From: Epiperipatus broadwayi
Lineage: Eukaryota > Animalia > Onychophora
Direction: 5' to 3'
Assembly (NCBI GenBank): GCA_028023455.1
Contig: JAQFVV010000002.1
Coordinates: forward strand, 30,628,001 to 30,692,000
DNA length: 64,000 nucleotides
The first letter of the stretch is position 1; the number at the start of each line of letters is the position of its first letter. Shown here in pieces: positions 25,740-38,935 of this stretch. The translations under genes and the position numbers were made by a program. A model generated the notes under the pieces. The model was not told the origin of the DNA, did not search any database, and saw only the letters and a program-made list of their open reading frames with translations.

Positions 25740-26970
25740 CCACCTAGTGATATGATGTGCTTTATCAAAGTCAGGAATCTCTTAGCCTATATGCCCGAGA
25801 AAAATCTATTAACCGCCTCTCATTTCTACTTTCCACCCTACGTTTTTCCCATATTCTTCTCTATCCCATTTCCACAACAATATCTTTGTCTACTCGATGG
25901 CCTTTATATCTAGATCCCCTTTATCTTTTTCCAAAACCCAGCATAAAAAACAACTCACTTTCTATATAATCACTTTGTTTATATTTATTCTCCCACAAGT
26001 TCATTATTTGTATCCTTTGTACTTGTAAGCATTTAAATTCAATTAACAGATGTCAAATATTTTCCATGCCTTCCTTACATAACTTGCAGACTAAATCACC
26101 CATATTTCTCCATTTATGTGTATATTCCCTTGTTGCTAACGATCGTGTTCGAGTCTTAAACAGTAAAGTACTTTCCTTACTAAATTAACTCGCACCCAAT
26201 AGTCTGATTACTTCTATATACATTTAAACTCTTACTCTCCATACTAGTTCTCCATCTCTCCAACTCCCTATTTTTTATTAATGCGTCTATTCTTCTATTC
26301 CATTCCTTGCCACTATAACACAACAATTCTCCTAACCCAATCATCTCACCCTTTGTACAAGTATACTGACACAAAGTTTTTATCTAAATTTTATGCATAC
26401 AGTACAACCTTTCTGACCCATCTTGTCGCCTACCTTTTGATGTGATGTGATGTACTGTAGCTTCTCCTTAAACGAAGTCAAGAATCTCTCAGCAATTACG
26501 CCCAGAGAAACAGTTAGCTACTTTATTTTACACCCCCTAGTCTAAGTTTTCCCATATTCTGCTCCATCCCATTTCCACAACATAATCTTTGTCAATTCTA
26601 TGGCCTTTATATCTAAATCCCCCTTATCTTTTCCCAAACCCAGCATAAAAACCAATAATCCACTTTCTATATAATCACTTTTTTCATAATTATTCTTCCA
26701 TAACTTCATTATATGTGCCCTTTCTGTTTTCAAGCATTTACATTCAATTAACAGATGCCTAATATTTTCTATTCCTTCCTTACATAATTTACAGACCAAA
26801 TTACCCATATTTTTCCATTTACATATATATTCTCTCCATTTACATATATATTTTTTTGTTGCTAAAGATCCCGTTCGAGCCTTAAACAATAAACTACTTT
26901 TCTTACTATTATTATTATTATTGATGTGATGTGATGTACTGCTTTCATTATCTGCTCCTGCCACCTTACG
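25740..26970 (-). mobile_element. Non-LTR retrotransposon C-terminal (CCHC zinc-knuckle) fragments, two related copies
   Basis: SLLFKARTGSL...CKLCKEGIENIRHLLIEC (C-x2-C-x7-H-x4-C). 25745-26170 resembles 26480-26890. Confidence 0.7.
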
Positions 26971-27459
26971 GATTTTTTATATACTAAAATAACAATTTTA
27001 ATTCTTGAATTTTGTTATTGATAAATTCTTTTATATTTTATTTTAACTTTAACTTGTGATTTACTGATTTAAATTTATTAAAAGATTTTAAAATATAAGG
27101 ATAATACTAGTAGTAATAATAAACTTTATTGGAGTTACATTTTTTTTTTTTACAACTGTTAGGAGTGATAGAGTAGAAAAACGTATTCTGGACAGAAGTT
27201 TTGCAAATGTTTATGGATAATAGTCCATTTAAAAAGACAAATAATAGCAAAATAACGCAACAATGTTATATTCATATGGTGCAGCGAAAATTTAGGAATA
27301 AAAGAATGAAAATGGATATGATAAATAATTTTCTAACAGCTGTTAAATTAGAAATAAATTTGTTTGCGCGATTTGCATGTAGCTAATTTAATTAGTAATA
27401 TAATACTATAATTCTAAAGCAATACGTAATTTATTTATATTGAATATTTCCTATATATG

Positions 27460-28230
27460 TAATTAGAGGGATTTGAACCGAGGATTTTTCAATCTATTCA
27501 TCCTTCATTCTATATCAAGCAACCCACACACATAGCTGTGAAAAAGATGTGATCCCCGATTTTCGTGCAGAACTAGCACTCATCAGTTGAACCAGATTAT
27601 AAACTCCCACACATATATAGTCAGTGATCAGTTTATATTCAGATAGCAATTTTTCAAACTTTAATGGACAGGTTTTAATCTTCTCATCCTACTCAACCAT
27701 CCATTTTTTAAAAAACCAATGGTGGAATAATTGGATTTGGTATGTAGTCACACCCATGTAATTATTATGCAATATAACCCTTCATATTATTGGACCATTA
27801 TAATTACTAGTAGAGGGATGCAAATTACATACTGTTTTGGAATTACATTACATATTAATATAGAAGTTAAGCCATCCCGCTACTAGTAATATATATGGAT
27901 ACATAATGGTTCAATAATATGAGGAGTTAGATTGACATAATGTCTACATTGTTATGACTACAATATAAATCCAATAAGGGCTTTGAGTGTTCTATCATTG
28001 ATTTTTTAATGAAATGGATTATTGAATAGTTGGAAAGGTGAGAAAATTAAAGCTTGTCCATTAAAGTTTGAGGAATTGTATATATGTGTGGAAGATTATG
28101 ATCTGGCCCAACTGATAAATGCTGGTTCTGCACAAAATAGGTATATTGGGGATCATGTATCCCTTTTACATGTATGTTCAGTTACTTGACATGAAACGGA
28201 GGGTGAATAGACTGAAAAATCCTGAGTTTT
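27460..28230. mobile_element. Family H ~800-bp fold-back carrying a third hammerhead family
   Basis: Arms ~27460-27820 and ~27875-28230, with HHR remnants at 27551-27597 (-) and 28100-28154 (+). Consensus GATC-TGG-CCCAA CTGATGA GTGC-TAGTTCT-GCAC GAAAT-AGGT-ATA TTGGG-GATC. Confidence 0.7.
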
Positions 28231-28379
28231 AATTTAATCTAATAATAATAAAAGTAATATGGTTATGCTTGGTGGGTTATGTGACATTTGAGCAGCCAAG
28301 TGTCAGGTTAAATAATTAATTGAACTTAGAATTGATCCAGGAATGTTTAATGCTTAAATCCTGCTAACTATTGTGCTGA

Positions 28380-28830
28380 ACTTCACAGGAGCGAGCAAAC
28401 ATTACGATCTTCTACTGAAGGGTTTAAAGAATCCTACAACAGGTTCAAGAAAAGCCAAAAATGGAAGAGATAAAAAGTTAATCTTGCGACACTTCAACAA
28501 TGTGATAATACTGTTGACTATTGCAATAGATATTATGAAAAGATATTAAAAATAAATGAATAGAGAATATAGCCATAATTATCATGGTATACCATTATTA
28601 TCCACTACAGCAAAGGTATTTTCCAAGAATTATGTTGAACATTTCACTTGTAATCATAGGTGAACAATTACCAGAAACTCAGTATATTTATAAAGTGTCA
28701 AGAAGCAGGTGAAAGCATGAAAAATATTGGGGGAAAAAAAGTAATTTATGTATTACTTTTATTGATTTGGTCAAAGCATTTGAGTCAATTAATTGAAGAG
28801 GTCTATGGTATTGTATGAAATTAGTTGGTT
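28380..28830 (+). mobile_element. RTE-like LINE RT fragment
   Basis: FIDLVKAFESIN*RGLW, matching the RT motif DLxKAFD. Confidence 0.5.
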
Positions 28831-29754
28831 GTTTATCAAAGTTTATATATATTATATAGTTTTTATATATTTATATTTATAAAGTTCATGTGAATGTTTG
28901 TTCTTAATGCTGTCACATGTTTCCTCTGAATGTATGTTTCTCCATAAGACTGTAACATATTAACAATCAACTCTTAAGCTATCAATTTCAACTTGTAGTC
29001 AAGGCAACATCCTTTAACTACATGTTGAGAAGGGTTGATTGTTACTACCTATATTTATAAACCTGTTAAAGCCGTGAATAATTAATAGGCTTTATTATCT
29101 TAGACTGTCACATGCCAAATCACAACAAATTAAAAAAATATTATGTTTGTTTGTAAGGAAGTCAAATTCACAATTGAAAAATTGAAAAAAAAAAAATTGT
29201 TTTTATAAATAAATAACTATACCTAACTAAACCATAATTTATATCATGAGCATTTTATGTGAATGATGTAGTTCCATCCTTTATATTTAATAATCAGTAA
29301 TTTTTATTGTGAAGCATATTTTATGTGAAGGATGTAATTCCGCCATTAACAAACTATATTTTTTCGCAGTTGTTCATAATCCCATCTCATTCACATATCA
29401 AATATAATGTATATTTAAAAATTTAAATTTATTAACACCTTGCTGGGTACATTTCTGAAGTGTACCAAACAGGCCAGGTGTTCCAAATATTTTTTTTTTG
29501 CAATTTTTCAATTGTGAATTTCTCGCATTAAAATATTTTGTCTAACATTAAATCTGAAAAAAAAAAATTATTAAAGCAACTAATTAAACAAAACAGTGAC
29601 CATTCCAAAGGCTGGATACATCTGGGTAAGTGGGATACATTTCTGGAAAAAAAATTGTTAAACCTTAAAACAAACTATTACAAAAATGGCAGTCTTGCGT
29701 ATATATAAAAGCATATGGCATTATTGCTCATCTTAAGAATTTTGAGAACCTGAC

Positions 29755-29830
29755 CTTCAAGTGCCAGATTTGATCCTAGAACCTCCTGATCCAAAGTCGG
29801 ATGCTCTATCAACTGTGCCAAACTGCGCAG
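29755..29830 (-). repeat. Degenerate tRNA-derived sequence (SINE head or tRNA pseudogene)
   Basis: GCACAGTTGATAGAGCATCCGACTTTGGATCAGGAGGTTCTAGGATCAAATC resembles tRNA D, anticodon and T arms, but has no intact acceptor stem. Confidence 0.55.
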
Positions 29831-30722
29831 AGTAACTTTTGTAATAGAACGAGAATAAGTCGTATTACTAACAAGCCACTCACAAACATGCATCAGTGTA
29901 AATTGTATTATCTACTTTACATTTTTTTAAATGCAGATCACATCATAAATTTTAAGAGTGAGCTTGGAAATTTTAAAAAAGACTAAACAGTTTAAGTAAA
30001 AATCAAGAAACACAACAACGTTATTACATTATGGAGATCTCTTATTTATTATTTTACCACTAGCAATAACATTATTTAGCCAAGAAACAACTACAGAATG
30101 TTTAGAGTTTCTACTTTCTTTAATTTTGATTGGTTAAAATGCTGTTAATAGCAACAAAAACAATGAAAGAACAAACTATTAAGTGAAACTACTCTTGCTA
30201 TTATTTTTAGAAATCATTTCATCGCTTAAGGATTTGTTTGTTCTGAAGAAGTCGACTGCCTATTTATGGGAAGACTTTTTCCGTGTTTCAGATTCGATCT
30301 TTTTAAAGAAGTGCATCTTGATATATTTTTGAAAAATTCTTCCAGTTAAAGACTTGTACATTATATTCCCAAAAACCTGTTTTAATTTCATATATACACA
30401 TACATTTATATTAGTAACAACATTATTTATATATCTCAATGATATAAAAGATTACTGAGATGTGGGAAACACAGCTTAGTTTTAAATGTCATATCATTTC
30501 TGTTTTAAAAAGGCTATGTCATATCATCATCTTCTTAGCATTTTAAATAAATTATGTTAAGAAGAAAATTGCAAACTCTGGTTAATGATAATAAAGTGTT
30601 ACTTCTTTATCTAATACCGCATTGTCCAATAATTTTATCCTGCATCTGTGCAGAAATTTTAATATTATATAAAACATTATTTGTCAAATGTTTTAATATT
30701 GTTTATATATATATTTTTTAAG

Positions 30723-30757
30723 GCACCATTACCGATTGCTTTTGGAACTCATCATAC
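30723..30757 (+). CDS. TDP1: TDP1 35-nt micro-exon carrying the catalytic His of the first HxK motif
   Basis: tttttaag|GCA CCA TTA CCG ATT GCT TTT GGA ACT CAT CAT AC|gtaagt = APLPIAFGTHHT; consensus splice sites, phase 0 in, phase 2 out. Confidence 0.92.
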
Positions 30758-30857
30758 GTAAGTTTTATATATATATATATACTGTTCATATAAATATAAT
30801 CTTTTAACAGTTTGAATATAGTTTTGATCATATATAAGCACATTATTTACCTGGTAT

Positions 30858-31042
30858 GATCAAAGCTAAAGTGTAGGTGGGTTCCTTCCACATTTTACAT
30901 TTACTGACAGTTAGTTTAAGATCAAAGCTAAAATGTAGGTGGGTTCCTTCCACATTTTATGATTACTGACAGTTAGTTTATGATCAAAGCTAAAGTGTAG
31001 GTAGGCTCATTCCACATTTTATGTTTACTGACCATTAGTTTA
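30858..31042. repeat. 62-bp tandem repeat, 3 copies
   Basis: Units start at 30858, 30920 and 30982 (GATCAAAGCTAAAGTGTAGGTGGGTTCCTTCCACATTTT...). Confidence 0.9.
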
Positions 31043-31354
31043 CATATAGCTCGGTGGGGTTTTTCAGTATATAATAATTACTAATTTAGAATGGTACACC
31101 ATCAGACTCTAAAGCTTATATCCTCGGATTGAGTTCAGGTTTGGTATCTGCACTTGAACTTCTGAGCAATTCAACCATTTGTTTTTGCCCTACATCATTT
31201 AATCCAGTGGTAGAATGTCGGACTTTGAATCTAAGATCCTTGGATCGATTCCATTTCCGGTACTTCCTGTGCTTGAATTTTTTACAAAATATTGAACAAA
31301 GAAGTCATTTGATTATTTATTTTATTTATAAGTACTTCCGTTTAAGATATAGCT

Positions 31355-31995
31355 GCTAGTGGACCACATTAGATCCTAAGATCTAGGTGCAGTGTGTCGG
31401 ATACAAAGTTCCTTACTGATGAAAACCACAAGCTAGAAATCAGTCTGGGGATATCCGATGAATAGGAACTAGATAGAAATTCCTGCATCCATTGATTACT
31501 ATTGCTTGCACTAGGTGGAACTACTATATGGGGAGTTTTGCTTTCATTATTAGCAGCCTGTATAAGCATATGAAATAGAGATCACATGATGTTTTGATGG
31601 TTTTATACCTATTCTGCCTATAGGACAATGGTGACTGGTTTTTGAAAAACCAGACACCAAAATGTATAGATCCTGAACTGAGTTCAGATCTGTATGGCTA
31701 TACAAGTGAATGAGCTTGGATTGAAAACATTATTGTGTTTTTATTTTGGACTCATAGCTTTATAATTAACTAAATAGGTAAAAGGTGGCTACTGGAGGGT
31801 TGCATTGGATCCTAAGGTCTAGGTGCAGTGCTCTCAGATCCAAGACTTCTTACTGATGAAATCTACAAGCTAGAAAATAGTCTGGGAGTATTGGATGAGT
31901 AGGCACTAGATAGGGATTTTATGCACAAACCTTTTTGTATCCATTGATTATCATGGCTTGTACTGGGTGGCGCTACTGTATGGAGAGTTTGCTAC
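31355..31995 (+). mobile_element. Family A head-to-tail tandem with two hammerheads 437 nt apart
   Basis: HHRs at 31401-31459 and 31838-31896; GTC triplets at 31443-31445 and 31880-31882. Confidence 0.85.
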
Positions 31996-32049
31996 TGTTA
32001 AAACATTTTATTTCATGAAATATTGCCATCATGAAAGAATAAAAAATAA

Positions 32050-33060
32050 GTTATAAAATATGCTTTCATGTAACCCGAATAAACGGTAATAATAAAGGTG
32101 ACTGCATGCCATTCTTTGAGATAAGAGAATGGCTGCTGCCATATAAAATTTAATAACATTACGAATTTTAATGCAGTGTATATTGCAGCTTCACTGTATA
32201 ATTTATCAATATGTTTTTAAAATTATTCATTTTAGTTAATCAAAACGTTTGGGGAAATGCTTGAAGTTATTTTAGTTGTTTTTTGAATTTTATTAGCTTC
32301 TATATTAAGAAATGAGAAGAAACAATTATTCCTACCGATAGAATAATTGGAAGATTTGAAATAAAAACTGATGTTTAAAAGGAATGTATACTTGCTTCAA
32401 GTTTGTTTTCTATTTGTATGTTAGCGACCTTCAAGATAGTTTATATGAAGTTGTATGAAGAAGGCATCAGTGTGAGATATAGATTTTTTTATGATGTTGT
32501 TTTTGATTTGAATTGATCAAAACCAAAACAGGAAGCTGATGTTTGAGCTATTTTCGCTTATTCAGACTGAGATGCTTTACAGAATGCTGTTAATTTTACC
32601 TTACAACATATAAAGATTTTGATTTAATAGTTAATGTTCAAAAACACTCAAGTACTTTAGTCAGAAATGGAAGAAAAAATTACAGTAGCTTTTAACTTGA
32701 CAATTATTAGCTTAAGAATGTGACTGAATTTAAATATCGTGTGATTTATTTATTAAAAAAAAAAAAGTTCAACTTGATGCAAATCCGATGTGCTGTTAGT
32801 GAATTTAACAAGTTATAAGAAAGAATATTTCTTTAAAATGATATAAGTTCTACAATATAGTGTTAATGTTTTTCCCTGATTTATTTTATGGATGTGAGAC
32901 GTAGACTCTTAGTGTCATAACATAAAAACACAGGCAAAATTTTATTCTAAGAATGCTCCATATGATATTAAGAATATGATGATCAGATTGTAAGATTAAT
33001 TAATATACTCTTTAGATTGCTGGATGTGATGTTATTAATTTATTGCAAAGACATGTTTTC
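32050..33060 (+). mobile_element. RTE-like LINE RT remnant
   Basis: GISVRYRFF and LQNAVNFTLQHIKDFDLIVNVQK-like segments, heavily decayed. Confidence 0.5.
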
Positions 33061-33208
33061 ATTGTATTGTGTGAATGAATTATATGAAAAGTAATTGTTT
33101 TTTAAAAAATATTGACTTCAATTTATACAGTATCTCAGTGCTATTTTATTATTCATTTCCTATATTTCGTCTACTTTAGTTTTTTTTGATCATAAAAATA
33201 ATAATCTA

Positions 33209-33320
33209 GTCAAGCCTTGTTAGCCGAGAGGTCAGCGCAGCTGCCTTGCAGTTGGTTGTAGACGCTTGTTGCGGGTTCGCCTCCCAACCGATGCTATGAC
33301 ATATGGAAAAAAAATAAAAA
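33209..33320 (+). mobile_element. tRNA-derived SINE (family S1)
   Basis: TAGCCGAGAGG A-box, GGTTCGCCTCC B-box-like motif, A-rich tail, approximate TSD. Confidence 0.8.
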
Positions 33321-33554
33321 ATAAATCTAAATCCAAGACATGTATTTATGCAAATATGAAGATTATTTATTAACACATTTTTAAATCTATAGATAGTATT
33401 ATATTTGTACGGAACTAATTTTGTATTCTAGGCACCTTAATTTATGTTAATGGTTCAAAACTAATTAATTATTTTAAAATATATCATTACAAAATTATAT
33501 ATCACAATATATATGTGGAGAGAAAGACTTTATAATGGTGTCTGAAATCTATAT

Positions 33555-34015
33555 AAAAGATTTGAAATACCCCATAGCTATATTATTTCAGCCCCCCCCC
33601 CCCTTTAAATAAAGAAAAGCTTAAACTTTGCAGCCTATTGAAAAGAAAATATTTTCTTCAATGTATACTGCAATGATGTTATAAATATTAAAATTCAAGC
33701 TAATTTAAACAAGGAACATGAAACTAAGTAAGCAAAGATGTTACATCGCAAATAAACACACTTGTTTAATTTTAAATATACTTAGAAAGACTATACTATA
33801 GTCATCAAATAAATTCAAATATAAGAATTAGAAACAATGAATAACATTAGTTGAAATTTTCTTATTTAAATTAGCTTGAATTTTAATATTTATAATATCT
33901 TTGCAGTATATATCGAAGGGAATTTAATTTTCAATGGGCTGCAAAATTCAAGGTTTTCTTTATTTAAAGGGGGAATGTGGCTGAAAGAATATAGGTAAGG
34001 GGTGTTTCAAATCTA
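33555..34015. repeat. Fold-back repeat (unclassified)
   Basis: ~33555-33715 is the inverted complement of ~33860-34015. Confidence 0.65.
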
Positions 34016-34169
34016 TACTTTTTATTGTTCCCTGAAAATGCCTACCAGATAAGCAAAATATTGAAAATCAATACTAAAACAACCTTGATAGAAAGCATAA
34101 AGTTGATGTCCTTTGTATTATGAAGTCATATTTAGGTCATTTGGTCCAAAATAGAAAATGTATGATAAA

Positions 34170-34676
34170 CCACTAAACATCACATGATCACCATTTCTTA
34201 TGCTTGTTCATAATTGTTATTAAAACAGGCAAAACTCTTCATATAGTAGTGCCACCTAGTGCAAGCCAGAATAATCAATGGATGCCAGAAAGGCTTGTGC
34301 ATAAAATCTCTATCTAGTGCCTACTCATCCAATATCCCTATATTAGTTTCTAGATTATGGCTTTTGTCAGTTAGGAGGTTTTGAATTTGAGAGCACTGCA
34401 CCACTGCATCTAGGTGCAGTGCTCTCAAATCCAAATCTCCTAGTTTCTCGCTTGTGGCTTTCATTAGTGAGGAAAGACAAGCTAGAAACTAGGTGCAGTG
34501 CTATCAGATCCAAAGATCCTCACTGACAAAAGCCACAAGCTAGAAACTAGTCTGGGGATATTGGATGAGTAGGCACTAGATAGGGATTTTATGCACAAGC
34601 CCTCTGGCATCCATTGATTACTCTGGCTCGCATTGAGTGGTACTGCTGAATAGAGAGTTTTGCCTGTTTTAATAAG
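34170..34676. mobile_element. Family A nested fold-back with three mutated hammerhead copies
   Basis: TSD GTATGATAAA at 34160-34169 and 34677-34686. The plus-strand HHR at 34508-34566 has CTGACAA; two degenerate minus-strand copies lie at ~34326-34385 and ~34440-34472. Confidence 0.85.
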
Positions 34677-35656
34677 GTATGATAAAGTATGATATTTATG
34701 GAAAAGACGTATCCTGATTATGATAGCAAAATTTTCTCAATATCAATCCAAAAAATACAATACCAATTGCTTTCATTAATAAACTATGGCATAGAAAGAA
34801 TATAAAGTAATCTATAATTAGGGAAGATATATAGCTTGCTGTAGAAAAGATTACAAGTTATTAAATAAATAAACTAAAGAACCATAATGGGAAATGGGTA
34901 TACTAATTTGTGGTTTATGAATTGATTTGCAATAATCATCATAAAACTTATTTTAATTTCTTATTCTTTGCCTTTCTGTCTTTGGTTTTTCTATTTTTCT
35001 AGATAGACAGATCATACTTGTTTACAAGTAATAATGATGATGATGATCATGTATGTGTATATTGTTATGTGTATATATGCTAGAATACAGACACATATAA
35101 AGTTAAATATATATTGCTATAAAGTTGTCAGGAAAAATAAAATAAATTAAATCAGTCAGTAAAAGAAGTTTCTAAATTACAAAAAGAAGATAAAACAAGA
35201 TTAATTATATCTCTAGAATACCAAAAGTTAACAAATTAATTAAGACTGCTAATTGAATGTAGAAGAACTAACCGAAACTGGATGTCCTCAACTGAGATAG
35301 CTAACTATTAATAGATGTCTCGATGAGTTGATATAGTTAATCAATGGAATGCCAAGAATATTGGATAATTATTATCCAGAGTTCTGGAAGGAGTAGATAC
35401 TAGCTCATGGAAGGTACTTCAATGAATATGGACTTGCATCACCATGATGCTGGATGCCATCGTGATTGTCTGAGACTGCCCCCAAACGTGCTAAAGCAAG
35501 TCTAGGGACTTTACAGGTTGTACTGATCAACATTATTGTTTCTTTACCCCATCAGACTATCGCATATAATTTAAATTTGTAAGATATGTGTAATTAGTGA
35601 TTATATAAATTTTGTAGATTTATTAAACAATATTAATCTATTGGTTGTCTTATTTT

Positions 35657-35965
35657 TAAAACAGTGACAAACTCTCTATACAGGAGTGTCACCCAGTGCA
35701 AGCCACAGTCATCAATGGATGCATCAAGGGTTATGCATAAAATTCCTATCTAGTGTCTACTCATCGTAAGATCTAGGTGCAGTGCTTTTAGATCCAAGGA
35801 GCCTGAGGATACTGGATGAAGAGACACTAGATAGGGTTTTTACACACACACCTTTTTACATCCATTGTTTACTGTGACTTGTTCTGGGTGGTACTACTGT
35901 ATGAAGACTTTGTCACTGTTATAACAGTTTGCGTAAGCAATAGGAATTGGTAATCATGTGATATC
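35657..35965. mobile_element. Family A fold-back, hammerhead largely deleted
   Basis: Inverted arms homologous to the family A 3' part; ends in GGTAATCATGTGAT. Confidence 0.75.
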
Positions 35966-35989
35966 TTGTTTTTTATAAGCAGTTTTATT

Positions 35990-36500
35990 TTCATAGACAT
36001 ATGTTTGTTCTGGAACAGCTAGATCACACCCAGTACTAGCAATGATGATGAGCATTTGCCATTGAAACATCATATGAATGGCTGTATACATCATTTTCGT
36101 AATAATGATATAAATTAAATATTCTGATTTCAGGAAGGCCTTTGATCCAGTAAAACATAAAAATTACTTAAGGAACTAGATGAAATAAATATTGTATTCA
36201 TAATTCATAAATTTAATAGAATCATACTATTGAATATAAAAGGATATAAAACTTAAGTTGGAAACAGATTTTTAGATTTTATTCTTCAGTGAGACAAATA
36301 CAATAAGAAGTGTTCCTTCATCTAAAGTATTTAATATTTTCTTCTACAATATCCAAAAAGTCATATATTGGTAGCAATACAATTTTTAGGCAAATGTTTA
36401 TCCAGAAGGTTGCTGAAAATTTAGAAATAAAACTAACTGCCTAAAGTAGAGGCTTATTATAATACAACAATTTTATTCATGCAGGATATCAACATTATTG
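35990..36500 (+). mobile_element. Decayed non-LTR RT fragment (CR1/L2-like)
   Basis: DFRKAFDPVKHKI motif at ~36127-36165. Confidence 0.45.
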
Positions 36501-37004
36501 CTATTGTTTCTCTAGCAAGACCACTTTCTCCAGTCTCTTCTAGTCTTTGCTTTCTTGTTCAAAATTTTTTTCTTAAGATTATTTATAAATCCTCTTCTCC
36601 CACAAACTACGCTTCATAATAATTTGAATTTTTAATTTTCTCACTAATTAAATATTTTCCCAATATTTCTAATTGTCTATTTATTTTTTTGTTCTCTTTG
36701 ATACCATGTATTTCTTAGAGCTTTGTTTTTACTTTCTTGTTCTAATTATTCAAATGCTTGGATCTACAATCTTATCAAAACATTACAGTAAGCTACCCTT
36801 CTATATCTAACAAGTGGACCTCAGAGCAATCTTTTATCCTCCATTATCGTAAGCAGGAATGAACTTGTATTTTTTTTAGTTGTCAAAATTTATCTTAATA
36901 TACCTAATGTGGAATATAAAATTATAATATGTAATCCACATTTTGATGTAAACATGTAATAATTATTAAGAGTTTATTAAAAAAAAATTACTAAATTTTC
37001 CAAA

Positions 37005-37347
37005 TAAACTATTTATTTTATATAGCGCGATGTTTATAAACTGTAATATTAATAATCAGCATTAAGCTATTGCACATGCGCTTTGTAGATTTTTAACAAT
37101 AAATGAATACTCCCACTTCAAACACAAGATAAGTTGTTGGAAAAGATAGAATGAATTTAAAAAAAAAAAGAAGATAGAATGAATTGTCTATCTTTTCAAA
37201 CTCATATATAAGCGTTTGGGTTCGAAAAGATAGATGATTCATTCTATCTTTTCCAAAGACTTATCTTGTGTTTGAAGTAGGAGTATTTATTTGTTGTTAA
37301 AAATCTACAAAGTGCATGTGCAATAGCTTAATGCTGATTATTAATAT
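37005..37347. mobile_element. Family B fold-back insertion
   Basis: 13-bp TSD TAAATTTTCCAAA at 36992-37004 and 37348-37360. Confidence 0.8.
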
Positions 37348-38098
37348 TAAATTTTCCAAAGTAAATAGGTTTTTATTTACTATAAGTAGTAGATATTCAA
37401 AATCATTTATAAAAGAATCTCGTTATTAGAGAGAAAGTGATATTGCTCTTCTGAATAGTTTTTAGCTTAGCGGCTTTTTTACAATAGGAAAAAGGGTTCG
37501 CCTTTGCATAACATCCATTTTAAGCTTCATTTTTAATTTCTTACTTATATAAGCTTCTAATAGATTTAATAATGCCATAAATAAATGGTTATTAAATGTA
37601 TAGTCTGAGAAATATCTATATGTGTAAAATACTGGTTTTCTCTGTTGTCTGATTGGTGAATGTATGAATGCTTCTTTATAAAGCTGTCACATGTCAAATT
37701 CACAACCAATTATCACATGTGAATATCACAAACAATTACAAAAAAATTATATTTTTGTGAACGAAGTAATTCCACCATGAATAAACCGTAATTTTTATAC
37801 TTCTCAGCAAAGCTGTCCGAATATATATTTGTCTGTAATGCTCACATATTAAATATAAAAGATAAAAAGTTATGTAATTTTTATAGTTGTCACCTTTATA
37901 TAATATTAAAATATTTTGTTTAATTTACATTTCTTGAACGATGGCCCATGTTGGTTAGGATGTCGTTTTGTAATATTTATGCAAAAACAATTGTTAAAGC
38001 AACCAACTAAAACAATAATCCAAGCTTTTACATAGTTCAGGTATGGTCTCGCATAGTAATATTTATGATGTAATGAACTCCGAATGCACATATCATAT

Positions 38099-38255
38099 GC
38101 ATGACCTATAAAGAAGAACTTTCTAGTCATTTTAAGAAACTTGAGAATAGCACCCTTTGTCATATCACAGCCAAAAAATAAACCACATGACCTATAAAGA
38201 AGAACTTTCTAATTATTTTAAGAAACTTGAGAATAACGCCCTTTGTCATATCACT
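38099..38255. repeat. ~70-bp direct duplication, period 87 bp
   Basis: CATGACCTATAAAGAAGAACTTTCTA...CCCTTTGTCATATCAC occurs twice. Confidence 0.8.
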
Positions 38256-38711
38256 GTTAATTCGCGAGTCAGCCAAAAAATTGACCACTTTTATTTGGTT
38301 TCCAAATTCTTATCTGGATATGAAATCAATCATTCTCAGCGTTTCATATATTTAATAGCCAATGATTATATGAATAGAATGAATAGAGCTAGTTTGATTG
38401 AAATTTTATTAAGATCACTGTTAAAATAATATTTCACCACTTGAATATCAATCATTGATTTACTATTTATACCACAGCATGGAAGTTAGATGAAAATAGA
38501 CATATTTTTTTTATCCAATTAGTGGATTAGCATTGATATGAAAGAAGTTGTTATTCACAAATGTGTTAAAATGATCCTATAAAGCCTGATTTGTAGACTA
38601 TTCTTAAGCTCATGTGCATTTTCTTTAAATCACAAATATGAGGGATCTCTGTTAAGTTTTTTTTACTCAGCTTTAAAAAATTTAATTATTTAATATTTAT
38701 AACAGGAAATC

Positions 38712-38935
38712 ACATCATTTTCAACCATTATTAATACCACTGCAGGATGAAGATCTCTCCAAGTTGAATCCATATTCTCCGATCTCTAGCCTTTCTTTAC
38801 ATTACTCCAGCACACATTTATTTCATCCATCCATCTCACATGTGGGCTCTTTCTAGGTCTTTTACAATCTCTTGGAATCTTTTTTAAGATTTCAGCTGTC
38901 CATCTATTATTATCATCTCTTCTAGAAATATTTTA
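38712..38935 (-). mobile_element. RTE-clade LINE 3' end
   Basis: Homologous to 7633-7935. Confidence 0.8.

Noticed and set aside
15761-31042. 108-bp and 62-bp repeats as CRISPR-like arrays
   Set aside because: The units are contiguous with no unique spacers, there are no cas genes, and the context is eukaryotic.
31195-31260. tRNA-Gln-like sequence; similar tRNA-like stretches at ~29760, ~40510 and ~42270
   Set aside because: No complete cloverleaf or acceptor stem; treated as decayed SINE heads, not tRNA genes.
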